Source of the DNA: a virus
Lineage: Duplodnaviria > Caudoviricetes
Direction: 5' to 3' (one strand)
DNA: 32,808 nt
Virus record (IMG/VR): IMGVR_UViG_3300012682_000681
Location: 1-32,808 of that record
The position numbers and the translations under genes are program-made. Below the pieces are notes generated by a model. That model searched no databases. It was not told the DNA's origin and was given only the letters and a program-made list of their open reading frames with translations. This document shows positions 8,202 to 16,600 of the stretch, piece by piece. Positions within the stretch are counted from its first letter, which is position 1, and each line of letters starts with the position of its first letter.

Positions 8202-9010
8202 CTGGCTTCCGCCTCGCGGGCAGCGGCGGCTGCGGCGAAGAAGTCCATCGGGCCAGGGGCGGACGCCCCGGCCACCGCTCGAGCGGTGGCCGGGATAGCC
8301 CAATCCACCCAGCGTCGCCGGGTCAGCCAGCGGTGGGCGTCCATCGCCCGAGTCAGATCGGCGTCGCAAGCGGCCGCGTAGTGCTTGGCCGCGTCCCAGG
8401 CATCCTTGCGCTCGGCGTCGATCATCCGCATCCAGACACGGAGCGCGTCCGCCTTCCCCTCCCGCTTCCCATGGCGCTTCGGGTAGCGCAGCCAGAACCG
8501 CTCGAAGCGTTCCTCCGGCGTGCGCTCTGAGCGCGAAGGGGTCTCGTTGTTGGGTTGCTCTTGACCTTCTTTGGGTTCTCTTGGGTTAGTGCGAACTGGC
8601 TGCGCAGGTTGAGGGTTGCTGGCTGCGCAGGTTGAGGGTTCGGCCCGCGTCGTGGGCTGCGCAGGTTGAGGGTTTGTGGTGGTGCGAACTGACTGCGCAG
8701 GTTGAGGGTTGGTCCGTCTGCGGGTCTCGAACATCACCTGGGCGCCGTCGGGGAACTCGAACCGGTAGTGCGTCGGCTTGGCTTTCGCCTCGGCCAGCAG
8801 GGTCAGGAACCCTGCTTCGGTGAGGGTGGCGAGGGAGATGCCGGCGGTGCGGCGGCTCACCCGGGCCTTGCGGGCAAGGTTGGTGGCGCTCATCCACAGC
8901 TCGTTGCCGTTCTGGTCGTTGACGCTGTCGGCAATGGAGAGGTGCACGAGGAGGGTGGCGCCGACGAACGGGGAGTGACGGAACGTCCAGCCCATCGCGT
9001 CGGCGCTCAT
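8198..9010 (-). CDS. Phage replication initiator (N-terminal winged HTH)
   Basis: MSADAMGW..LLVHLSIAD..WMSATNLARKARVSRRT HTH, repetitive linker, C-terminal FERFWLRYPKR..GKADA domain. Confidence 0.8.
   Translation of the reverse strand: MSADAMGWTFRHSPFVGATLLVHLSIADSVNDQNGNELWMSATNLARKARVSRRTAGISLATLTEAGFLTLLAEAKAKPTHYRFEFPDGAQVMFETRRRTNPQPAQSVRTTTNPQPAQPTTRAEPSTCAASNPQPAQPVRTNPREPKEGQEQPNNETPSRSERTPEERFERFWLRYPKRHGKREGKADALRVWMRMIDAERKDAWDAAKHYAAACDADLTRAMDAHRWLTRRRWVDWAIPATARAVAGASAPGPMDFFAAAAAAREAEAR
8600..8710. repeat. Four 18-bp iterons, putative replication origin
   Basis: CTGCGCAGGTTGAGGGTT exactly at 8600, 8623, 8657 and 8693, inside the initiator gene, beside a T-rich tract at about 8545-8590. 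Confidence 0.8.
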
Positions 9011-9246
9011 CGCCCGGCATCCAGTTGGCGCACCGACTCGCGCACCTCTCCGGCCGACGGCGGCAGATCCCCTCCGCCGAGCGCGATGACCTTCATCACA
9101 TAACGCGCCGTGCGCAGGGGCACGTCGTACAACCAGCCGTACCACTTGTCTACGTCGGAGGGCAACGGCTCGAAGTCACAGCCGGGCCGACCTGGCCAGT
9201 ACGCGGCCCGGGCCGACAAGAGCTCCTGGACCTCGGCGTCGTTCAC
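9007..9246 (-). CDS. Hypothetical protein
   Basis: MNDAEVQELLSARAAYWP..VDKWYGWL..LPPSAGEVR; ATGA overlap with the initiator gene. Confidence 0.55.
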   Translation of the reverse strand: MNDAEVQELLSARAAYWPGRPGCDFEPLPSDVDKWYGWLYDVPLRTARYVMKVIALGGGDLPPSAGEVRESVRQLDAGR

Positions 9247-9410
9247 CGGACCGTCGTCTCGTTGGGTACCATGTCCATCAGGGCAGCCTTTCTGCTCTAG
9301 TCGCCCCTCGTCCTCGTGCCGGCAAGCAATCGAGGCGGGGGGTGCACCGCGTCCGGGCGCAGATCGCATCGTAGGCCAGTGGGCGTCATCGCGTCGAGTG
9401 CCGCTGCTAC

Positions 9411-9457
9411 CGTCGGGGCTTCCGTGATGGACGGGCGTGATGCCCGACGACGAAAGG
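9411..9457 (+). promoter_or_regulatory. Candidate structured leader with twin GUGAU-loop hairpins
   Basis: TCC-GTGAT-GGA and CGGGC-GTGAT-GCCCG immediately before the AAAGG RBS. Confidence 0.45.
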
Positions 9458-9464
9458 CGAAGCG

Positions 9465-9839
9465 ATGCCCAAGGAAACGATCAGCACTGCCGGCCCGTAC
9501 AACGTGAGGGTCGGGTGGAACCAGGGGGGCAGCCTCCAGGTCGGCGTCGAAGCAACGGGCGAGCGGTCCCTGTTCTGGACGCTCCTCGGCGACCAGGAAG
9601 TGCTCGGCAAGCTGGGCCGGGGGCTCGCCAAGCTCGGCGCCCACAGTCCCAGCGCGGCCATCGCCGACGACGAAGCCGCCGGCCGGGCCCTGCTCGACCT
9701 GCTCGACACTGTCAGCCAGGGAGCCGGGCCGAACGGGTCCTACCAGGGCATCTGGTCGGACCTCGACCGGCACGACTGCAACGACCTCATCCGCATCCTC
9801 CGCCGGGCTCGGGACGCCGCCCACGGCCGGGACGAGTAG
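9465..9839 (+). CDS. Hypothetical protein, the only plus-strand gene in the left arm
   Basis: MPKETI..VRVGWN..LQVGV..LDRHDCNDLIRILRRARDAAHGRDE; RBS AAAGG; followed by a hairpin. Confidence 0.75.
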   Translation: MPKETISTAGPYNVRVGWNQGGSLQVGVEATGERSLFWTLLGDQEVLGKLGRGLAKLGAHSPSAAIADDEAAGRALLDLLDTVSQGAGPNGSYQGIWSDLDRHDCNDLIRILRRARDAAHGRDE

Positions 9840-9847
9840 ACGCGACA

Positions 9848-9877
9848 CCGCCGGCCCTCTTCGGAGAAGGCCGGCGG
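9848..9877. terminator. GC-rich hairpin between convergent genes
   Basis: CCGCCGGCC-CTC-TTCG-GAG-AA-GGCCGGCGG with a cUUCGg loop; no U-tract. Confidence 0.6.
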
Positions 9878-9888
9878 GAGCGGCGAAG

Positions 9889-10110
9889 CTACTGCACGGC
9901 CGGGTCGAGGATCAACTCGACCCGGCCGTGCTCGTGGCCGTGCCGTTCAGCCTTCGCCCACACCGAGAACTCCTCGGCGCAGTCAGGTCGGCCGCAGCGC
10001 CACAGCGGCACCGTCGACCGGACAGGCAGCGCCTTCCGGGTCGTCCTCGCCTGGCCGGCCACCCCCAGCTTCTTGCGGAGGGCGGCCGGCAGGTCCTCGC
10101 CTCGGATCAC
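9889..10110 (-). CDS. Small hypothetical protein with C2H2-like motif
   Basis: WRCGRPDCAEEF...AERHGHEH. Confidence 0.6.
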   Translation of the reverse strand: MIRGEDLPAALRKKLGVAGQARTTRKALPVRSTVPLWRCGRPDCAEEFSVWAKAERHGHEHGRVELILDPAVQ

Positions 10111-10973
10111 CGACCCTCAGGCGCCCCGTCGGGGACGCCGGCGATCAGGTCGACGCCGATGTCGGCGGCGACCGCTTCGACGACGTCGTTGAACGCCAGC
10201 CGGCGGATCTCCTCCGGGCGGTGCAGGTGGTAGCCGATCGTGAACTGCTTGTTCGACACCCGGTACCGGAGGCGGGCCCTCACCTCGTAGCGGGCCGACC
10301 CGACGAACGGGCGGAGGGCGAGCATGAACTCGTCGGGGATCACCAGCTCACCGGCGGCACCAGCCTTCGCCTCGACCTCCTCGTCGTAGACCAGCTGGGT
10401 GCGGCCGTCGGACAGCCGGACGGCCCGCTTCACCGTGGCGTTCACCGTGGCGTAGAAGTTGGCGGCCAGGTCGCGCATCTCGGCCGCGGACGGCGACTTG
10501 ATCTCCAACTCGCCGGCCTCGACCGTCTCAGCGAACCTGGCCTGCGGGCCGAGACCCTGGCCGTCGACCCACAGCTTCCACTCCGGGGTGGACCGCAGGT
10601 CCAGGCTGATCAGGTGGTCGCGCCAGCCTGCGGCGCCCGGCTGGTCGTCGTTGAGCACCCCGATCAGCCGGCAGCGGTCCTCGTCGACGTAGACGTTGCT
10701 GCCATGCGCCTCACCGCCGCCGTGCCGGCGCCAGGCGCGCGAGAACCCTTCGGCGGTCAGCACCTTCAGCGTGCCCCGGGTCCGGGCCGGGTTCGGCTGC
10801 CACTGCTCGTCGTCGCGCACCTCCACGATCGAGTCGCCGCGGCGGACCGTGGCCCAGGCGGAGTCGCCGGCCTTGGCGACCACCTGGAGCGGCTCTGCCG
10901 CCTCGAGAGCGGCCTGCACCTCCCCGAGGCGGATCTCAGCCACCGTGGTCCTGCTGTCGCTGCCGTAGCCCAT
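10107..10973 (-). CDS. DUF2303-family protein
   Basis: GVLNDD..GWRDH..TPEWKLW..QARFAE..IPDEFMLALRPFVG..YEVRARLRYRV. Confidence 0.85.
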   Translation of the reverse strand: MGYGSDSRTTVAEIRLGEVQAALEAAEPLQVVAKAGDSAWATVRRGDSIVEVRDDEQWQPNPARTRGTLKVLTAEGFSRAWRRHGGGEAHGSNVYVDEDRCRLIGVLNDDQPGAAGWRDHLISLDLRSTPEWKLWVDGQGLGPQARFAETVEAGELEIKSPSAAEMRDLAANFYATVNATVKRAVRLSDGRTQLVYDEEVEAKAGAAGELVIPDEFMLALRPFVGSARYEVRARLRYRVSNKQFTIGYHLHRPEEIRRLAFNDVVEAVAADIGVDLIAGVPDGAPEGR

Positions 10974-11365
10974 CAGTCGTCATCTCCTGTCGGCGCCTGC
11001 ACGCCCTCGTCGTCGGGTTCGTAGGACACGACCCCGTCATCATCCACGACCCGCTTCAGGGTCGCCGGGCCCTCATCACCGAGGCCCCGCATGCTCTCGA
11101 ACGCCTGCTGCAGCGGGTCCTCCTTCTGCAGCCCCTTCCTGCCGACGAAGTAGAGCGCCTCCTCCAACGACGGCATCGGCTTCTTGTGCTTGATCTGCAT
11201 GTCGACCATCACCCGGCCGCCCGACTTGGCCATCTTCACGTCGACGGTCATCGACCCGGTCTTGCCGGTCAGCAGCACCGCCTCAGCCACCTCCTGCATG
11301 ATGCTCTCGGCGAGCGTGTCGAGCTCCCCCCGGGCGTGCCGGGCCACGAACATGCTGAACAGCAT
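10973..11365 (-). CDS. Conserved partner of DUF2303 (hypothetical)
   Basis: EVAEAVLLTGKTGSMTV..YFVG..GLQKEDP pattern; 1-nt overlap with the DUF2303 gene. Confidence 0.75.
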   Translation of the reverse strand: MLFSMFVARHARGELDTLAESIMQEVAEAVLLTGKTGSMTVDVKMAKSGGRVMVDMQIKHKKPMPSLEEALYFVGRKGLQKEDPLQQAFESMRGLGDEGPATLKRVVDDDGVVSYEPDDEGVQAPTGDDD

Positions 11366-11404
11366 CAGCCGGCACCGCCCCTCAGTCGCTCGTGCTCTTC
11401 TCGG

Positions 11405-11833
11405 TCATCCATCTGGACCTCCATGGTCGTGGCGTCGGCTCATCGCGTCCCACGCAGTATCCCCTTCGCGCATGACGAAGCCGAGTTGGCGGGCAAGGGC
11501 CGGCTCGATTTCGACCAGATCGTTGCACCTCAGACACGCGGCCTTCAGGTTGGCCGGGTTGACGGTGGACCCGGCCGATGACCGCTTCCGCAGCTCGTGC
11601 CAGCAGGTGGCCCGGCCGGTGCAGACGTCGAACCCGTGGGCGGCGAAGCCGGGCCCGAGCGCGCACGGCCTCGGCGAGGCGACCAGCTGGGCGTTCAGGG
11701 CCCGCCGCTCCGGGGTGAGCGCCTTCCGCTCCAGGCGGGTTTCGCGTTCGACGGCCTTGGCCACGAGGGCCTGCGCTTCAGGCCTGGGACCCCTGGCCAG
11801 CGAGGTGCGGCGCCCGAACGGCGTCCGCTTCAC
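11405..11833 (-). CDS. HNH-endonuclease-like protein
   Basis: C...CTGRATCWHELRKRS.AG...NLKAACLRCN; GTGA overlap with the upstream gene. Confidence 0.7.
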   Translation of the reverse strand: MKRTPFGRRTSLARGPRPEAQALVAKAVERETRLERKALTPERRALNAQLVASPRPCALGPGFAAHGFDVCTGRATCWHELRKRSSAGSTVNPANLKAACLRCNDLVEIEPALARQLGFVMREGDTAWDAMSRRHDHGGPDG

Positions 11834-12021
11834 CTCTTGCCCTGCTGGTCGGTCCAGGCGGTCAGCCCGCTCCGGCTGACCCGCCACTGCCGGCCCAGCT
11901 TGCCGAGAAGGCCGGGAAGCGTCCCCTCGGCCGCCAACCTCTTCGCGGTTCCAAGCGAGATTCGGAGCAGTGCGGCGGCTTCGGCGATGGTCAGGACGGC
12001 GTCGTCACCATCCTCGGCCAT
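11830..12021 (-). CDS. Excisionase-family (HTH_17) DNA-binding protein
   Basis: VLTIAEAAALLRIS..AKRLAAEGTLPG..KLGRQWRV. Confidence 0.85.
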   Translation of the reverse strand: MAEDGDDAVLTIAEAAALLRISLGTAKRLAAEGTLPGLLGKLGRQWRVSRSGLTAWTDQQGKR

Positions 12022-12614
12022 GGCCGGCAAGCATAGGCCCGGCGGTCAGCGCCGAACGGGTCCGTCCGCCAGCGACTAGCTACGGCGCCGAAACTGCGCC
12101 GTTTGCCGTCCTGTGGGGCTCTTAGAACGACAGCCATAAGGGGTGGAGGGCCGAGGATCCGTGTAGCGGCGGGAGCAGGGCACAGCCCGCCGGGCCCGTC
12201 CGACCGGCACCGGGGGCACGCCGGGTGGTGCCGGATCGCCAGCAGCGCTACGACAGCGGCCACCTCCCTGTGCGCCGGCGGCCGGGGAGGCCCGAGGCCC
12301 AGCAGCTGACTCAGCGTCTTCCCGAACCCAGCGATGGCGGTGGTCGCCGAGTTCATAGCCTGGATGAGGGCGCCGCCGAAAGCGTTCGTGGCAGCCACCA
12401 CCGCCGCGCTGACCCGGTCGCCGGTCCTCTCCTGGCGCTGCAAGGCCACCATGGCCGCCTTGTACCCGACCCCCGACGAGGCGGCCAGGGCCCGGGCCTG
12501 TTCGTCGAGCTCACCCATCCGGGCCCGCTGCACCCGATGGTCGGGGACCACCTGGAACCGGGCGTCACCCCCGCCCGAGGTCACGCCGAGCAGGTCGGCG
12601 ACGTCAGGATCCAC
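11991..12614 (-). CDS. Hypothetical protein
   Basis: Protein-like N-terminal two-thirds with a CPRC motif; 3' end uncertain. Confidence 0.45.
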   Translation of the reverse strand: MDPDVADLLGVTSGGGDARFQVVPDHRVQRARMGELDEQARALAASSGVGYKAAMVALQRQERTGDRVSAAVVAATNAFGGALIQAMNSATTAIAGFGKTLSQLLGLGPPRPPAHREVAAVVALLAIRHHPACPRCRSDGPGGLCPAPAATRILGPPPLMAVVLRAPQDGKRRSFGAVASRWRTDPFGADRRAYACRPWPRMVTTPS

Positions 12615-12619
12615 CGGGA

Positions 12620-12814
12620 CTACTCGGGGCGGGGCCGGCGGCGGGTGACCGTGTCCAGGGACTGGTACGTCACCGTCTGGCCGTCGGAGAAGAGCACCTC
12701 AAGGCTCAGGCCGTTCCTCTTCACGACGACCACTTCGAGTTCTTCTTCAGCCCTGACGACGACGTCGCCTGGCTTCAGGTTGCGGGCCCGGCAGGTCGCC
12801 GTGACCATGCTCAT
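12620..12814 (-). CDS. Small beta-barrel-like hypothetical protein
   Basis: ARNLKPGDVVV...; ATGA overlap with the annealase stop. Confidence 0.6.
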   Translation of the reverse strand: MSMVTATCRARNLKPGDVVVRAEEELEVVVVKRNGLSLEVLFSDGQTVTYQSLDTVTRRRPRPE

Positions 12815-13626
12815 CCGGCGGCAGCGAGATGGGCGCACAACGCCGGGATCACCTCGGCCGGCGCATCCTCCAGCCGGAGGACGTTGTGCACCTCACGAGC
12901 CCACTTGCGGAAGGCGTTCCGTTCCTTCGTCTCGAGGGCCTCGACGGCGGCCATCATGTCTTCCGGGGAGAGGCCCTCGACTGCGGCGAGCACGGCTCCA
13001 GCCAACCCTCCAGTGACTTCCCCGGTCGCCGGATCGACCACTCGTGACGGTTCAGCGGGCGGCGGCCGAGCTTCGTCGCCGTCGGCGGCGTCATCGTGAG
13101 CCTCCAGGCGGGTGACTCCGACGTCGCCGAAGCCGAGCCGCTTCAACTCGCCGAGCAGGTGCGGCAACGTGCGGTCGGTGGGCGCCGCCTGCGGCTTCCC
13201 GGCTTTCTGGAACACCCGACACGGGGCCCACAGGGTGGGCAGGTCGTAGACGTTGCGGGCCACGCCCCACTTTAGGCAGGCGGCCCGCTTGAACGCGTCG
13301 GACACCGCCCCCTTCTGGGCCTCGACGTTGGACGGCACGCCAATGTCGGTCTTCGTCACCCACGACCCGTCGGCGCCCCGCAACGACAGGCGGCACCACA
13401 TCGCCTCCTTGCCGTCGACCTTGGCCGCCTCGTACACGTCAGCCCACCCGTCGGGGCCGACCCACAGGTCGAGCAGGGCGGCCACGGTGGCCGCACCGAC
13501 GTAGGGGACGAACCGGGCCGTCGGCGGGTCACGGTTCGTGCTCGGGGGCCCGTCAGCCCGCCATTCGATCTTCTCGAGCGGGGCGTTCGGGGCCGGCCCG
13601 AGCCGGGACGGTGGAGATGAGGTCAC
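12811..13626 (-). CDS. Rad52/Rad22-family (Sak-like) single-strand annealing protein
   Basis: IEWR..VPYV..LLD..VGPDGW..WVTKTDIG..EAQKGAVSDAFKRAA..WGVARNVYDLP. The long 5' part of the ORF-track entry (to 14649) is antisense shadow of the tape measure gene. Confidence 0.88.
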   Translation of the reverse strand: MTSSPPSRLGPAPNAPLEKIEWRADGPPSTNRDPPTARFVPYVGAATVAALLDLWVGPDGWADVYEAAKVDGKEAMWCRLSLRGADGSWVTKTDIGVPSNVEAQKGAVSDAFKRAACLKWGVARNVYDLPTLWAPCRVFQKAGKPQAAPTDRTLPHLLGELKRLGFGDVGVTRLEAHDDAADGDEARPPPAEPSRVVDPATGEVTGGLAGAVLAAVEGLSPEDMMAAVEALETKERNAFRKWAREVHNVLRLEDAPAEVIPALCAHLAAAG

Positions 13627-13633
13627 CTCGGTC

Positions 13634-13654
13634 ACGATGCCAGGCGGCGTGACA
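13634..13654 (-). promoter_or_regulatory. TGTCAC-N9-CATCGT promoter-like motif
   Basis: -10-like hexamer 7 nt before GTG 13626; same geometry as the two other copies. Confidence 0.5.
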
Positions 13655-13681
13655 AGACCGTGCTGCCGGACCTGCCGACAG

Positions 13682-13687
13682 TAGCCT
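13682..13687 (+). promoter_or_regulatory. -10 box TAGCCT, probable leaderless promoter for the tape measure gene
   Basis: TANNNT 6 nt before GTG 13694; no SD. Confidence 0.5.
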
Positions 13688-13693
13688 GCATCC

Positions 13694-16600
13694 GTGGGCG
13701 AATCCGTAGGCGGCATCGAAGCTGAGGTCCGCCCGGTTCTGTCACCAGGTTTCGCCCGGGACCTTGAGAACCAGCTGCGGCGGGCAGCCAACGGTGCCTC
13801 TGGCGGGTTCAGGCCGCTGCTTGACGCCGCGTCGGACGCGTCCCGCCGGATCGCCAACGCCTTCCGGCCCGTCGACGTCGACACGTCGGCGGCCACCAGG
13901 AAGCTCGGCGGCGTCGGCGACACAGCCGCAGCGACCGGACGACGAATCGGGACAGCCTTCCTCCCCCCGGCGATCGACACGACCGCGGCCACCCGGTCGC
14001 TGCAGGGTCTGGGCCAGGAGGGCCAGCAGTCCGCCAGCAAGGTCGTCGGCGCGTTCCGGGACCTGTCGGCCCGCCTGCGGGGTGCGGACGGGCGGCTCGT
14101 GGCCGAGGGGGCATTCGACGGGCTGGTGGCCGACTCGCGCCAGGCGGCGGACAGCGTCGAACGCAACCTGAAAGGCGGCTTCCGGGCGGTCGAAGCCGAC
14201 GCCAGAGCGTCCGGTCGGCGGATCGGCAACTCGCTCGACCAGGGCGTCGGCGACGGGGCGGGCGGGCTGGCCAGCCGGATGGCAGGCATCGGCCGACTCG
14301 CCTTCGGAGCGCTGGCCGCGATCGGCGTCACCGCCGGAGTCGGAGCCCTCACCAAGTTCGGCCTCGAAGCGGCCGGCTCATTCGAGCAGGTCAAAGTCGC
14401 GTTCGAGGGCCAGATGGGCGACCTGGCCGTCCCATTCATAAAGCGCCTGCAAGATTTCGCGGCAGCCACGCCATTCGAGTTCGACCAACTGGCCGGCGCC
14501 GCCCAAAGGCTTCTGGCTGTCGGATTCACCGCCGACCAGGTCGCCGACCAGACCAACGGTGTGCTCGCCAAGATCGGCGGCGTGGCAGCCGCTCTCGGCC
14601 AGAGCGGCGAGTCCGTCAACTCGGTGGTCACCGCCCTCGGGCGCATCAAAGGTCAGGGCCGGGCCACCATCGGCGACTTCGAGCTGATCACCAACGCCCT
14701 CCCCGGCTTCAACGCTGTCGCCGCCGTGGCGAAGAACATGGGCATCACCACCGAGGAAGCCTTCAAGCAGCTGACCTCGGGTGGCATCAAGGCGGGCCCC
14801 GTCATCGACGGCGTTCTGGCCGGCATGGCCGCGTTCCCCGGGGCCGCCGGCGCAATGGCCGCTCAGTCGCAGACCCTCAACGGTCTCATGTCCACCTTCA
14901 AGGACACGCTGAAGATCACGGTCACCGAAGGGTTCCAGCCGCTCGTCGGCGCCGTCAAAGACTCGCTGCCACCCCTGACCGAGTCGGTCGGCAAGTCGCT
15001 CGACTCGATCGCCCCGGCGATCGCCTCACTGGCCACGTCAGTCCTCCCGGTGCTCGTCGACCTCGTCGGCCAGGTCGGCCCGGCCCTCGGCCAGGTGATC
15101 GGCGCTATCGGCCCGATCCTCGGACCGATCCTCGGCACGCTCGGCACCGTCCTCACGCCCCTCCTCGAGGGGCTGGCAGCCGGCGCCAAGGTGTTCGGCG
15201 AGGCTTTCGGCGACGCCCTCTCAGAGATCGGCCCGGAGCTCGGTGCGCTCGCCGGCGCGTTCGGCCAACTCATCGGCGCGTTCGGCGGCGTGGCCGCCGA
15301 ACTCATCGGCCCGTTCGTCACGGTCGCCGGAGCCATCGCCGACGCCATCACCCCGGTGATCGTCGAGCTGACGCCGATCATCAAGGAACTGGCCGCCGTG
15401 TTCGGCGAGGCCTTCCAGACGCTCGGCCCGGTCATCAGGGACGTCGGCGTCACCCTGGGGGCCGTGTTCGGCGACACCGTCAAGATTCTTGGCCCGGTCG
15501 TCGTCGACGTGTTCAGCAAGATCCTGGAGGCGATCGTCCCCCTCCTGCCCCTGCTCCTGCCGCTCGTCGGCGTCCTCGCCGGGGCCTTTCTGCAGGTGTT
15601 CAGTGCGCTGCTGTCCCCCATCGCCGAGCTCGTCGTGGCCCTTGTGGACGGGCTGGCGCCGGTCCTCCCCGAGCTGGTCACGCTCTTCGTGGCAGTCGCC
15701 ACCGCCCTAACCGACCAGGTTGTGGCCGCCCTGCTCGCCGTCCTCCCCCCGTTCGTCACCCTGCTCACCGCCCTCGTGCCGGTCATCACCCTGTTCGCCG
15801 AGATCATCGCCGACATCCCGGTCAGCGTCATCATCGCCCTCGTAGACGCCTTCATCCTGTTCAAGACCGTCGGCGTGGCGCTCGGGATCCTCTCCAGCCT
15901 CATCGGCCTGCTTCCCCTGCTGGGCGCCGTGCTGGGAGCGGTCCTCAGCCCGGTCGGCCTCGTCATCGCCGCGGTCGTCGCCCTTGCGGCAGCCGGCTAC
16001 CTCATCTACCGCAACTGGGACACGATCGCCGCCTTCTTCGACCGAACGTGGGAGTCGATCAAACGGATCTTCGCTTCCGCGGTCGAGTTCCTGAAGCCGG
16101 TGCTGGAACCGATCGGCACGGCGATCGGCACCATCGTCGACGTGTTCGGCAGGGTCGTCGGGGCGGTCACACCTGTCGTCCTGGCCATCGGCACCGGGCT
16201 GGTCGCCGCCTTCCAGGGGGCGCTGACCGTCATCGGCGTGGTCAAAGACGTCCTGCTGTTCCTGTTCGACAACGTCATCCGACCTCTGGCCGGGTTCCTC
16301 ATCGACGTGTTCGCCGTCGCGCTGACGGGCCTGAAGCTGGCCTTCGACGGTCTGCTCATCGTGTTCGGCTTCGTGCGCGACGTGCTCGGCTTCCTCTTCG
16401 AGACCATCATCAAACCTCTGGCCGGCTTCCTCGTCGACGTGTTCGTCGTGGCACTGGCCGGACTCAAACTCGCCTTCGACGGTCTGCTCATCGTGTTCGG
16501 GTTCGTCAAAGACGTCCTGCTGTTCCTGTTCGACAACGTCATCAAACCGTTGGCCGCCTTCTTCATCGACGTTCTCAGCGTGGCCATCGACGTCGTCAAG

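Noticed and set aside
8600-8710. Exact direct repeats as a mini CRISPR array
   Set aside because: Repeats are 18 bp with 5-18 bp gaps, lie inside a coding initiator gene, and there are no cas genes; iterons fit better.
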